Below are positions 1 through 13,186 of a stretch of DNA of 64,000 bases, piece after piece. Positions within the stretch are counted from its first letter, which is position 1; every line of letters starts with the position of its first letter. A program made the position numbers and the translations under genes. A model generated the notes under the pieces. That model searched no databases. It was not told the origin of the DNA and saw only the letters and a list, made by a program, of their open reading frames with translations. Source of the DNA: Octopus sinensis (taxonomy: Eukaryota); assembly GCF_006345805.1 (NCBI RefSeq), contig NC_043002.1, forward strand, positions 20,274,001-20,338,000. Reading direction: 5' to 3'.

Positions 1-1454
1 CACCTTGTAGTTTCGCATGTCAATTAAAAAGCCACAACCATATTTTTGGGAAATTAATAATGAAAAATGTTATGAAGCTTTATAGATTGAAATGCTTTGT
101 AATTTTAACCACTCACATCCATCTAATTTTGAAATATCATTGCGACATTATGGGAAGCATCAGGCTCTTTTCATTTGTATTTTTTTTTTGAGAGATAACA
201 TTACATAATGCTACTTATTTTTTAAGAAATTAATAAAACATTACAAAATCTTTAAAGATGAAAATATTTAATGCAAGAAAATAGAACAATAAATTTGGCA
301 TTAGCAATGAAGTTTTGTGATGCAGTGCAAACCTTAAATCCTAATTCCATGACGATATCAATTAGTTGCTATGGGAACAAATACAAGTAGATTGTGGATT
401 TCCATAATGTTGACAATGGAAAGATCTGAGTGGTTAATATCAGATAAAATTTCAATCTTTAGAAGTTGTAGCTTTTATATTCATTTTTAAATACATGGTT
501 GTTATTTTCATAATTTCACATATAAAACATCTGGGTAGAAATTTTCAATAAAGTCAGACACTATGCATCAATCCAAAAAGATTCAATCTAAATTATTTTA
601 CTTGGCCTTAGAAGGCAGAAAAATAAGGTTAACCAGCAGGGAATCGAATTCACAGCACCAAAAAGGCACCGGACTGTTAAAAGTTAAGTAACTTAGCAAT
701 GGGCACAATGTGTAGCAATAACTAGACATGACCTGCTAACCTCAGCTGATATTGTCTGTGTAAGAGGTATGGATCTTTTAATCCTTGGCATTGTAGGATT
801 ACTGGATTTAAGCCTCTCACTTATAACATTAAAAAAATCAAACAGCAATGCCACTTACAACATCAAAAACAAATAACAATACCACTAACATTGAAAATAA
901 AAACAATGACATCCTACAACACAGAAAAATATAACACCAATATCTCAAAGAGCTTTGCAGCTAATGCACCAGCTTATCAATTGTCTCACATTCATTGCTG
1001 ATATACATCAGTGAAATGCACACACACACATGAGTATGCATACGTGTGTGTACATGTGTGCAGCTTCATAAACATTTCAAAATCAAACAAGATTGACCTT
1101 CTTTGGGAAGCTGACATCTGGAGTATGAAAATGGAGCTTCAAGATCACTTTGCTGGTGCAAACACCTGACTTTTCATGAGCCCTCAAATCATCTTGTGGT
1201 TTGAGCACAAGGTCAAAGAGAAGATTTATGAACACATTCCATTCATCCCTATGATTATTGCTCAATGCAGAGAAGCCTTGCAGGTCACTGCTGTTGTGCT
1301 GAATAGTTAGTCCGTATTACATGTAATATTTTAGATACTTTTACACCTTAACAGAGTGCAAAACTACTCAGCTACAGGGATCTTATTAGCAGGTGATACA
1401 CAACATGAAATTAAGGACTTATCAGAGCTACCAAAAATTCCTGGCATGGTGTGA

Positions 1455-2035
1455 TGAAACCTCACCAGTCTGGAACCCCTATCTTGCTCAGGACATCAAC
1501 CTCCTGGAAACTATTCAGAGATATGCAACCAACTGAATACTCTCCATCAGGCATCTGCCATACTCTGAATGCCTTGCTTCTCTGGGCATGCATACTTTGA
1601 AGCTCTGATGTTTGGCAACTGACTTGGTAAACACCCACAAAATTATTAACCATCATGCCAACAACAACCTTGAGCACCTTTTTGAATTCCATGTGTCTAT
1701 CACATGTAAGCATGCCTACAAAGTTAGAAAACAGTACAGCTCCCATGACTTTTGGAAACATTTTTTCACACTCAGAGTTGCTGAAGCATCGAACAAACTA
1801 CCTGCACCAGTTGCTAGTTGCCAAGACATTGCATCCTTTAAAACTTCCATGCTTCCTAACATTTGCAAACACTACACCTGATATCCCCTCCATACACATA
1901 CATACATGTATATCATGACTCATACACTATTCACTTTCTTGACTTTTGTACATAATTCTATGTACTATATATGCACCTTTGATGAGTTGTAGTGCACCTA
2001 AGCATTATACACAAAAATTTCATTATATTATACTT
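1455..2035 (+). mobile_element. CR1-clade LINE 3' end, degenerate
   Basis: Translates with stops as VWNPYLAQDINLLETIQR...LASLGM...THKII...KHFFTLRVAEASNKLP...SFK, the typical CR1 ORF2 C-terminus, followed by a short 3' UTR. Confidence 0.88.
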
Positions 2036-2267
2036 TGGTTGTATCCACTTGAAGAAGAATGTGTGAGAAATGGGCTTCTATACAGTTTTCATCAACCAAA
2101 TTCCATTCACAAGGTGATACAATGGGAGATTTGGTCAGGGGAATCAAACCCAGAACCACATGGTTGTCAAGCAAACATCTTAACCATACCTCCATGCCAG
2201 CTCTAACATATGCACAGAAAATATAACAAAAATACAACACAAATAGAAACAATATAAAACAACTTAC

Positions 2268-2334
2268 AACAAAATTCCTGATATTCTGAAGGGATCACAA
2301 AACTCATGGGAACAAAATTGAAATTTCTGCATCC
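2268..2334 (-). CDS. TTLL5: TTLL5 coding exon 6 (GCRNFNFVPMSFVIPSEYQEFC); the gene continues left of the window
   Basis: ctgttttatag|GGA...TGTT|gtaagt; 67 nt, phase 0 to 1. Has the TTL-domain FxFxPxSFxxPxE pattern. The next exon (WIxKP...SRGRG) was not found in 1-2267. Confidence 0.93.
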
Positions 2335-3019
2335 CTATAAAACAGAAAGTTGTGATAGCACCATAACAAGTTAAGCATAAATCTTGAGTTTGTTTTTATT
2401 TTGACCTATATATTTGTATTAGCAATGGAGAGGAAGAATGAGTGTTCAATACCAAGAAGGTGGATAGATAATCTTTTTTAAACAAAATTTATGTTAAGTT
2501 TCTAGAACCCAAGGTGTCATGCTGGCAAAATTAAAATCACAAATAATACTCCATTATTGTAATTCACAAGTACTTTATGAGCAATTAAAAATTGCTGATT
2601 TTTTTTCAACACAAAACCTAAGATTCTAGAAATTTAACATATGTTTGTGAAAAGCCATTAGTCCTAATCAAGTAAATCTATGTTATATCAATGTCCCAAT
2701 CATGACCAAATTTATTTCAGATTTAGTGTATCTTGGTACACATTATCCAGTGTATATTTCCTTTCTATAAGATGGTAAGGTAGCGCGTTGAAGGAGATTT
2801 GACTGTTATTGCTAGCAGGTCAACTACATACAGACACTCTCAAAAGTGTTGGTTCTAGTAGACCAAGTCCTTTTTCCAGAAATAATATATCTCGATATAC
2901 ATTATTCAATGTGGCCTTCCAGAGATTGAAGTCGGCAAGATGTTTGTTATTTGAGAGAGTTGTGGCTGCTAGCTCTAGCAGGTTGAGCAAATATAAGAAT
3001 TCTTACTCATCAATGCAAT

Positions 3020-3050
<31 letters not shown>

Positions 3051-3571
3051 CCCCACTACTACCACAACTTTGGCTATGAGATTGAGGTATTGGATTACTA
3101 TTTGCACGAGACAAAGCATTCCTACAATAATAATGAAGTTGTTTAGACCTAGGTTAGCACTGATCAATCAGGACTAGAATTAAAAGTGTTTAGATTGCAA
3201 CAAAATCACCTTTAAAATGTCTCAGGAAGAGTTGACAGGTATTTCCAATAGATCAAGCCACCCTAGAGACACCACCCACCATCTTTGGTTTACAAAGTTT
3301 ACAGTCATAATATTCTGCATCCAGGTGAATCACATTACTCTGCTTGCTTCAGTTATTTTAGTAAAGAAATTAGTACTGCAACCACAGTATCGAAGAGACT
3401 TAGCAGAAAGTGCATTCATTCCACAGGTCTGACAATTCATATACAAACTATGCCAACACTACAGTAGAATGGAAAACATATGAACGTGTACTACACAGTT
3501 CCATAGATATATATATATATATGTTTTGTTTTGACTTTCTAATGGTGTCAAAAGACTAGTACTTCAGGGTA

Positions 3572-3786
3572 TTAACCCTTTTCATTGTATTAACCTTTTT
3601 GTTACCAAATTCCTTTTAAAATACACTGCTTTTGCATTAATTAATTTTGGTAATAATGAAGAATTTAATAAAATAATCTTATCATTAATAAACTGGAGTT
3701 TAGAACATAATTTATCTTTAGATCACTTTAGAATAGGAAATTTGTATCATAGGTAGTCTTGGGCAGTTTGGTATCAGAAGGGTTAA
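3572..3786 (+). mobile_element. TTAA-flanked MITE (piggyBac-like termini), about 215-230 bp family
   Basis: ttaaCCCTTT...AAGGGttaa; the body matches 8303-8531 and, reverse-complemented, 38504-38730. Confidence 0.7.
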
Positions 3787-5145
3787 ATGAGTAAAAAGTA
3801 AACTTCTTTGGAGATAGGATACAAATCCTTCACAGATCATCTACTACCTGTTCACTTCCACTCTTGACAGCCAGGTAAAGTGAGGTGATGTATAAAGGTA
3901 TTCTGAGCCCCTATAAAAACACCACAAAATACCAGAAGTGGATTTGAACTTATTGGCCAAGGAGCAGGCATTTTAATGCTTATGCAGTGTTACACAACTG
4001 TCCTCCCTTACACTTACTTGGAAAACCATGCATTAAAGGAAATGTTAAAACACCCAATAAAGTGATGAGAAGGAAGAGAGAATGATGATGCTGATGATGA
4101 TAAAGATAACAGTAATGATGATAAATATATGATTATGAGAATGGTGATGACAATGATGATAAAAATGATAAATAGGAGGAGGAACATTAATATATTAATA
4201 CAATAGCACCTACTAATCTACCTTTTGTGTCACACTACAAAATATGGAACAAAATTGAAGACAAAATTTACATAATTTGGAAGTCAATTGATTATGGAAC
4301 TAAATCAAAAACAATATTACAGACACAACATTTATATTATTTCTGTTATTGGTAAAACTGATATATAAATATCTAAAATTATGTATGGTACATATATTCT
4401 TTTATTCATTTAGTCTTTTACTGATTATTGAATTGTGGCCATGCTGGGATACCACCTTCAAAGGTTAAGATGAAGTATATTAATTTTAGTAATTAATTTT
4501 AAGTTTCATAATTTATTAATGTGTATTTGTCAAGCCTCTATGTTACAATACATCAACAGCATCACTGGTTTTAAGCAGCATAAATATAAACTCTCACACA
4601 CAGACACACAAAATAGGATTCCATACTGTTTCCGTTCACCAGATTTTACTAAAGACACAAATCAACATGCGACTATATAGTAAAAGGCACTTTTCCCAAG
4701 GTGCTGCACAATGGGACTGAACCTAGAACCACATGGTTACAAAAAACTTTTTAACCATACTGCCATACTTGCATCTTACATAGTGTTTTTTTTTTATGAA
4801 CCTATAGCTCAATGAAGCAACTACAATTCTTCATTCACTAGGACTGTGAGTTCGTGTCTGGCCATATGAACTTTACTCCAGTATGAAAATAAGGATGCAA
4901 TAGAGCTTATTAAGATTTCTTAAAACTTTATCCAATATAGTCATACAGTAGCAGAATAATATTATAAATGGATAATGTCTTAGATTTCATCCCATAGTTT
5001 TAGGCTTTGACTTAAAAATTATAGATAACTCTCAAGATAAGATAACAAGTGTATTAGAAAGACTGGAGCTGTCAGAGATATTGTCACCTAAGACTGCACA
5101 CTCAAGACTATCTATGTGGACATTTACAACATATAAAGAATCAAA

Positions 5146-5316
5146 TCGATTCACTTCAACATTTAAGTTTAATTTGACAAAATATTTTCGTCGCTTTAAG
5201 ACCGCGACCTGTTCACTGACAAAAATCCATGCTGCATCTCTGTCAGTGAACAGGTCGTGGTCTTAAAGCGACGAAAATATTTTGACAAATTAAACTTAAA
5301 TGTTGAAGTGAATCGA
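5146..5316. repeat. Near-perfect inverted repeat: 76-bp arms, 19-nt loop
   Basis: 5146-5221 is the reverse complement of 5241-5316 with 2 differences. Confidence 0.95.
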
Positions 5317-6062
5317 ACAGCTTTTGTGTGTTTCTTAAATGGCTTACAAACACCTTCCACGCTGCAATTGTTTGCGTTTCAGCATACGATCTCAGATCAA
5401 ATCACTTGCTATGCAAGTACATCTCCGTAAAGAATCAAATGTTTCAAACAAAATATTATTTTGAAAGAAATTTATTTCATGATTCTCAATTAACTTCTAT
5501 AACATCTTACAGCATCAAAATGACCATGGAATTTCTATGGGTACTGCTAGTGATTATCATGACAATGGAAAGGATGATGATAATGAAAAAGATGATGATA
5601 ATGAAAAGGATGATGATAATGAGGAAAATGATTATGAAGCTTTATGCTGTTGTTATTTAACCCAAGGTCAATTTGATCCAGTTGACCGATGATCAAAGCT
5701 GCGTCCATTGTGTCTTTTATCCAGATACAGTGTGACCATGACTACAAGGCTCATTGCAGCTGTTGTGGCTGTTGATTAAAGGAACTTTGTTGGGAAGTCA
5801 GTGATGATGTTTAACTCCAATGAGCAGGACCTGTAACCAAAGGCATTCCAAAACATGACCATCACACCATCTTTTCATATGAAGTGTACCTAAGACTACA
5901 TTTTAAAGATAGTAATGGTGATATGGTTTGAGGAAAATTGAGCTGTTATTGCTCAGATTGTGCAACCACAGGAAGGCTTGCCTGTGATGATGATAATGAT
6001 TATAGTGATGATGATGACGATAATGACTGAAATTCAATACATATTCAAATGATTTGACTTAC

Positions 6063-6126
6063 TTTCATTTGTTGCATTCGTTGAACATTTTTATATAGTT
6101 TGTCTTTTCTCGTCAATTCATAGGAT
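6063..6126 (-). CDS. TTLL5: TTLL5 coding exon 5 (SYELTRKDKLYKNVQRMQQMK)
   Basis: cttttatag|A...AAA|gtaagt; 64 nt, phase 2 to 0. Contains the TTL-domain ELTRKDxL motif. Confidence 0.96.
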
Positions 6127-7814
6127 CTATAAAAGACACCACACAGCTGTACAGAATACGGATTCATTACAGAGGCACAAGGCTACAAGTTTGTAATTGT
6201 TGGGATGGACAGTGAAGGATACCGGTTCCAATACTTGACTTATTTTATCAACACTGGAAGCCTGTACAAAATATTGATAAAATATTTACCTTTATTGCTC
6301 ATAATTTTTTCTTGTATCCACACAACAAATCAATTGCTATATTGAACACTGAAACTCAGGAGATGTATTTCTCACATGTATGTATTTTTCTTGAGCAAGG
6401 ATCGAGACCCCAGGTTTTTTATGTAGCCAAAAAGGTTTTATTTATTACTGTATTATGATCATTTTCCCATGCATACATGGAGAGGATTTTATTATTTACT
6501 TCAAGCTATTGTTTGACAGCACTTTCTGCTATTATTCATTCATTTGTAAAAGGGGAGTCGAATTTCTTTTATGTCAGATGGGTAAACTGGAGCAAGCAGA
6601 AGTCAGCCACCGCCTTCTTTCCTGCTCAACATAATTGTTGTTGTAATGTTTGCTCATGATCCATGAACTTAGTGACTCACTACCTCACAGCTATTGTATT
6701 TATCAAGTGGACAATGCTCTTATTGTTTGCCAACATCCTGTAGTCAACTAAATGACACTGACCTTGTCCATACCATGATTGTTTGAAGATCTCAATACCA
6801 TGGCCATCCATCTGATACACACACCTTCACTCACCAACATAACACATTGGTGTCCTCATTGCAGCTCATTTGTTACTACAGAGTTCAATATTCCCTTGAA
6901 CAAGCAAGGTGTCTATCACATCACTTACAAACCTATACAATGCAACACCTTTTATTTCTGTCATTCTTTCGAAGTCTCCCTTTCAAAACTTCATACTTTT
7001 CTGTATACAAACTGAAACAAATTAGAGGAGCCACAATAGTCTTGGTGCAGTCAACCTCTAGTACTGGAAGCACAATAAATTTGACCACGGCCACATTGAA
7101 AATGTTTAACAATAAAAGCATTCAGTCATAAATACACCAGTGTTTGTCTTCTGTAAACAATGACTTATACATCATAAGAAGAGTAATCAGAACAAGTTAG
7201 TCATGGAATGCAAGATCTATTTATCTCTAAAAACACTTTATTTCAATTCATCCTTCCAGAACTGCAAAACTTCTGGAATTCACCCAGAGTGAGTATGAGA
7301 CTAATATCACCTAGAACCTAAAAGTATCCACTTTCTCTTGAGAGTTTGGGCTTAGCTTTGGTTATGTGGTGAAAAATGACAAACTTCCATAGCAAGAAAC
7401 ACATCAGTCTCGCACATATAAAAATCTACCAGATGGACTGTTAGCTATTTCTGTGACAGCTGGGTGGAACAGGGGTAATACTGAATAAAGCAATCAGCCC
7501 AGAAACAGCAGGTAACCCCAGCAGTATATTTGGACTAACAATTTATGAAGGTGGTCATTGTAGGCTTTCTTGCTTCTCTAACACCATGTGTGTGTGTGTG
7601 TGTGTGTGTGTGTCTGTGTGTGTGTGTGTGTGTGTACATGCACACTAGATTTAAAAGGTTTGTTTTATGACCAAGTAGTCTATGGTTCAATCCCACTGCA
7701 TGACACCTGAGCCAAGTGTCTTCTTTCATAGCTTTGGGGGGTCAACCAAAACCTTGTGAATGAAATAATTTAATTAACAGTTCTATGGAGCAGCTGACAG
7801 AGAGAAAGGCTTAC

Positions 7815-7921
7815 CTTGGGAAGTGATTGATTTTCTGGAAATCGGCCATATTGCGAAGAGTCAGAGGTTTCAAATGTCCTCCGGTCCACAATATGTTATA
7901 GTCTGAGTGATTTGAAGTTAC
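7815..7921 (-). CDS. TTLL5: TTLL5 coding exon 4 (VTSNHSDYNILWTGGHLKPLTLRNMADFQKINHFPR)
   Basis: tttcctttggcag|GTA...CCAAG|gtaagc; 107 nt, phase 0 to 2. Contains the TTL-family QK[IV]NHFP motif and the TTLL5-type WTGxHLKP. Confidence 0.96.
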
Positions 7922-8302
7922 CTGCCAAAGGAAATACAAATATAATATTTAGGTTTTTGTTTAGCTTCAACTCAACACCAATCAAGTGATGAAAGGCGTT
8001 CCAGATGTGACTTAGTCTTCTGTTATTTTGCAGTGAGAATATATCTTGGACTATATTGTCAAGCATTATCTAATGCGTCCTTTGAATTTTTAAAATAGCA
8101 GTGTGTGATTTGAGGGAGATTTCATTGTTATTTCCAGATGACTGTTCCACCGCATAGCAGTTCCTTTGATGGCTCACTAATATGAATGTTGATATGTTAT
8201 GCATCTTCGGATAAATTAACATGTCAAAGTAAAGCAAAACAAGCTAATCTAGTGAAGCTTGCTCTTCTCCAGGTCATTGACATTGTATTATGGACAAATA
8301 TC

Positions 8303-8531
8303 TTAACTCATTTGTTACTATATTTCTGTTGAGATGCTCTGTGTTTCTTTCAGTTAATTTTAAATATAACAAAGAATTTAATAAAATAACTTCGTTATCA
8401 TTAAGCTTGTGTTAGGAACATAAATTGTGACTAAGGTTTGGTGGAAGATTTTAATTCAGAACTTTTGAAAACAAGATATTTTACCTAAGAGCCAGAGGTG
8501 GTTTCAGGCAGTTTGGTATCAAAAGGGTTAA
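8303..8531 (+). mobile_element. TTAA-flanked MITE, second copy
   Basis: ttaactcatttgttac...tttggtatcaaaagggttaa; homologous to 38504-38730. Confidence 0.75.
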
Positions 8532-8928
8532 ATGTAAAAAGGATGTGAAAATTGAACAACTGGAAATTAAATCGCTCTTGTAAACCTGACTCACTAGGAG
8601 GAGCCAAGCAAACTTCTATAGCATTTCATACATTCAAACACTTGAAATATGTACATTCTCTTCTCCATCAAAGAACCATATAGTCTTTTTTTTAAACTAA
8701 CCAGAGCACAAATAAAGAATAGAATAAAAAGCATCCTTTATAAATTTCAGTGTAGAGTCTGAATCCATTGCATCATGTTTCTTACAAAGAGAATGCATTA
8801 AACATTAGAAAAGAACAATACACAATATGGGTACTGTCTTATCTGTTATATGTATTGCATCAACCAAACCATTACAAGATCAATAAAATATTTCCCTCAG
8901 TAAAAAAAAAAAAAAAAAAAATTGAAAG

Positions 8929-9071
8929 TTTTTTTTACAGATATGTTGTTAGTATTTAAATGTTGTTTATATTACTAACTAATATGAATACTAATATCTT
9001 TTTTTTTTACAGATATGTTGTTAGTATTTAAATGTTGTTTATATTACTAACTTATATGAATGCCAATATCT
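8929..9071. repeat. 72-bp tandem duplication (2 copies)
   Basis: ttttttacagatatgttgttagtatttaaatg...aatatct occurs twice. Confidence 0.92.
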
Positions 9072-9837
9072 GAAAGACATTGTTGCTATGTATCTGTGTA
9101 TGAATTTAATTCTCTACACATAAATAGTTAGGCTTTTAAATGTATTTTACACTCCAGTTATGACCACCAACATCTAAAACAGTGTTGTCATGTACCTTGA
9201 TGTATGCGTAAACATAGGTGTTTATATATGTGGTCAGTACTTTAATGGATTTTGTAAGTGTAATGTAAGCAGTGTAAGTGTAAAACGAATTTTTTAGCTT
9301 TCAAAACCTATTTTCCATTATCGAAGTGAGCATCAAAGACTGGAGTGTGTCAGGGTGGGGGCAGTATTTGAGCTGAAATTCAACAAGTTAAGCTAACAAT
9401 TGTGTTATTTTTACTTGTATGTATTTTGAAAAATCAGCCAATAATTAGAAATTTTCTATGAATATTTTTAGAAAATTATGTTTGTATAGATCAAGCAAAA
9501 TACATCTATAAAGCTTGTGGTTAGTATATTTGCCTTCCACTCCTCCACCGATATTGATAACCCAGACCTTCCCACCCCTCCACATGCAAGAGACACAGAC
9601 TATACAATTCAGTAACCAGGATACAGAGAAGAGTTCTCTTTATGCCTGTTGCAGACAGCCCCTCTAGTCTGGTAGTATGATTAAATATACCCAGTCCATT
9701 CAGAGAACTGATTGGAAATAGGAATGGTATCTATCAATGAAAAGCATACTCATCACTAACAAAAAAAGTATAAAGAAAGACATACAGCAACAAAGATATG
9801 TATTCAAACCATACAAGAAAGGAAACCAGACATAATC

Positions 9838-10300
9838 TTTTCTGCTATAAGCACAAGGCCTGAAATTTTGGGGAAGATGGGGGTAAGTCGATTACATTGA
9901 CCCCAATACTCAACTGGTATTTAATTTATTGACCCTAAAAGGATGAAAGGCAAAGTTGACCTCAGCAGAATTTGAATTCAGAATGTAGTGGAAGACAATA
10001 TACCGCTAAGCATTTTACTTGGCATGCTAACAATTCTGCCAGCTTGCCACCTTAAGGAAGCCAGACATAATGATAATGGTTTTAAATGGTTTCAAATTTT
10101 GGCACAAGGCCAACAAATTTAGGGGAATGGGTAAATCCACAAGTTCTTCCCCCAACCCCAGTGCTTAACTACTACTGATTGTGTTGACCCCACCAGAAAA
10201 TGAAAGAAAGTTGACTTTAGTAAAATTTGGACTCAGTACATAAGGAGCAAGAAGAAATGCCATTAGTCATTTTATGCAACACCGGTAATTCTGCCAGTTC
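9838..10300 (-). mobile_element. Two adjacent SINE family B copies
   Basis: Minus strand reads tggcagaattgttagca (A box)...gaattcaaattc (B box)...ctttgcctttcatccttttagggtcaataa (core) twice. Confidence 0.85.
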
Positions 10301-10414
10301 ACTCTCATCATCATCATCATTTAACGTCCACTTTCCATGCTAGCATGGGTTGGACGATTTGACTGAGTACTGGTGAACCAGATGGCTGCACCAGGCTCCA
10401 ATCTATCTGGCAGA

Positions 10415-11161
10415 GTTTCACTTCTGCTGTTTACAGCAGTGCTTGGAAGGAAGGTGTGTTGCATGTGAACATCACATCGACCATGACAGGGAAAGCTGAG
10501 CAGAGGATCTGCATCAAATTTTGCCAAAAGCTTGGTGATACCTGCTAAGAGGCCTATGAAAAGTTTTCATAAAGTTTTCAACATTCTTAACAATCAAGGA
10601 GATCTTGTGCAACTGAAACCTGGGTATTTTTTGGTCAACTGAAAACAGTTTGGCACAAACTTGGCAGACACGTCTCATACCGAAATCTTCAGTGATAATG
10701 GACTGAACTGAACAGTAACTAATCTGCATATCCCCTGATAACTCACGTTTGGTGATTCGACAATTTCCTCTCACATCAGCACGTACATCTGTGATGTTTT
10801 CCTCAGTTCTGCTGGTTGCAGGTCTCCCAGAACCATCATCCCAGAATGGTGATCTTGGAAACGTCTGAACTGCAGACACTTGTCTGCAGTTCATACAATC
10901 CTCTCCATACACTTTCTGCAACTTTGTGTAGGCCTCTGAGCAGTTATCGCCATGACAACTCTGTCATGGTCAAAACAATGATCACACGCTACACACCTTC
11001 CTTCCAAGCACTGCAGTAAACAGTGGAAGTGAGCTAGAATTTTAAAACTTAGTGCGTACACACAGCAGAGGTCAAGATCAATCTCTGCCAAGCAGCTTCA
11101 CTCTGCGTGCTTTAGCTTTGTTACTACGGCAACAGTTCGGATACTTATTGATCAGACCTTG
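10415..11161 (-). mobile_element. Mariner relic (5' half, dead) with a second inverted 5' fragment
   Basis: TA-flanked TIR (TA|CAAGGTCTGATCAATAAGTATCCG on the minus strand) at 11161. Minus-strand HTH MQKVYGEDCM...DDGSGRPATSRTEEN...EDFGMRRV; plus-strand MTGKAEQRICIKFCQKLG at about 10473-10530. Confidence 0.88.
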
Positions 11162-11403
11162 TATATTACACTGAGTAATATATAATTCATTATTCACTTA
11201 AATTGGGATCAGATGTACTTCTCGTAAGTACACCCATACACAAATGTACACACACTGCTGCCGCACACAGACACACAAACAAACATAGCAAAAAAAAATT
11301 AGAAAGCTAAGAAAACTTTAGGGTTTTGTGGAGAAAGAGGGGTTGACAGTTATATTTAGATGGCTGTCTGAATTCATTAGGATTACTTAGATAAGTTACT
11401 CAC

Positions 11404-11486
11404 CTCATGAAAGCCATGGGCTAGCAATACTGTGCGTATTATGCGACTTTCAGTGCTACCAAATTTGAAGGCCATGTGGAAGCGCT
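11404..11486 (-). CDS. TTLL5: TTLL5 coding exon 3 (ERFHMAFKFGSTESRIIRTVLLAHGFHE)
   Basis: tttttctag|AG...GAG|gtgagt; 83 nt, phase 1 to 0. Resembles TTLL5 [28 protein letters not shown]. Confidence 0.95.
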
Positions 11487-12090
11487 CTAGAAAAATACGG
11501 AAATAAAGCAATTAATTAATTAATTAATTGATGATAATGAAAAGACTGATTAAAGCATAACACATTTATATAATTAAACAGTGTGTGATGGGTAGGAGAG
11601 AATGGATGTAGGGTAAGCATCACATGATAACCTGAAAACAGAAACATAAAAAAAAAAAGAGGAATCTGTGCTGATCAAACATCTGGAAGATTCATTGATA
11701 AGCTGTAATCAACACAATAAACCACCTACTTATTGAATTTTAGTTTAAGTGGCTGAGTATTCCACAGACACATATCTTTAGCACTACAGGACATTTGAAT
11801 AACAATTTATCCATAGTATTTCCACTCAATTTCATAAACAAGCCATGCACTGACCCGAGACTATGGTAGAAGATACTTGGCCAAGGTGCTCGACAAAGCT
11901 TTTGAGTCTAAGACCTCATGACTGCAAAGGAAACTGAACAGTTAGGCCATGATTCTCTCTCTTGCATGCACACTTTTACAAGCAGAATGGTGACAGTAAC
12001 TTCAAAGTTTCAGCCGACCAAGTCTTCATCAGTAGGTGAAAACTATAACAGAAAGAATTGCTGCCACTGCTTTTGTTATGTTATTTTCAT

Positions 12091-12445
12091 CTGTGTGGTA
12101 AGTAGCTTGCTTCCCAACCACATGGTTCCGGGTTCAGTCCCACTGTGTGGCACCGTGGGCAAATGTCTTCTACTATAGCCTCAGGCTGACTAAAGCCTTG
12201 TGAATGGTAGATGGAAACTGGAAGAAGCCTATCATATATATACATGTATGTATATGTTTATGCCTGTGTTTGTCCCCCTACCATTGCTTGACAACTGATG
12301 TTGGTGTGTTTATGTCCACATCACTTAGTGGTTCAGCAAAAAGAGACCGATAGAGCAAGTACTAGGCTTACAAAGAATAAGTCCTGGGGCCGACTTATTC
12401 AACTAAAGGCGGTGCACCAGCATGACAAACAAGTGAAAGAACAAA
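12091..12445 (+). mobile_element. tRNA-derived SINE family A
   Basis: A-box-like tgtgtggtaag and B-box ggttcagtccc; body matches the other family A copies. Confidence 0.88.
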
Positions 12446-12719
12446 GGAATATATAAAAGCCTTATCTCAAGTATTAGCTACTTTTTCTAAATGAACTTCT
12501 ACAGTTGGTTGTCCTTCCTAATGCAAACTACTTAACAGAGTACAGAATAGGACGAAAGAGCAGAAAGGGTGGAGGTAAGAGCACTATGTGAGAATAGTAA
12601 GACATGATTAGAGATAGGGAATGAGTTTGATGCAGAGGATATCAGTTCTGTGTTGGGGGATGTGAAGAAAATAGTGTAACATAGAAGTCGGTAGATGAGT
12701 AGTTATCAGAAGATGAATT

Positions 12720-12748
12720 GTATATATACACACACACACATATCAGAT

Positions 12749-12782
<34 letters not shown>

Positions 12783-12791
12783 CATACATAC

Positions 12792-12822
<31 letters not shown>

Positions 12823-12962
12823 TATATATACACACACACATATATGTACACACACATATATATACACACACACATACACATATATATACACACACATATA
12901 TACACACACACATATATATACATACTCACACATATACACACACACACACATATATATATATA
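12720..12962. repeat. Compound (TA)n/(CA)n microsatellite
   Basis: Direct inspection; it explains the six overlapping spurious ORFs here. Confidence 0.97.
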
Positions 12963-13186
12963 TCAAGACAGTAATAAAAATTGTAAATAGATCTTTGTTT
13001 TCTTGGGATTTCATTACATATTGGTAAGTAATCTTGCCTTGAGCTCTGGCATCAAATTTTGTGTAGCTAATGTGTGTGTGTGTGTATGTGTGTGTGTAAT
13101 CAAAGGCCATGCAATGCTTCATCATGATGCCACTCTCCACAACAATATTCTCAACTTTTCTAAAGCATAAATCATTTCAAACTTAC

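Noticed and set aside
1-2267. Next TTLL5 exon (expected WIxKP..SSRGRG)
   Set aside because: Not found on the minus strand here; presumably left of the window.
5328-5660. 110-aa ORF with MMIMK repeats
   Set aside because: It arises from a GAT/GATAAT low-complexity tandem repeat.
12642-13140. Cluster of 74-144 aa ORFs
   Set aside because: They are translations of the TA/CA microsatellite.
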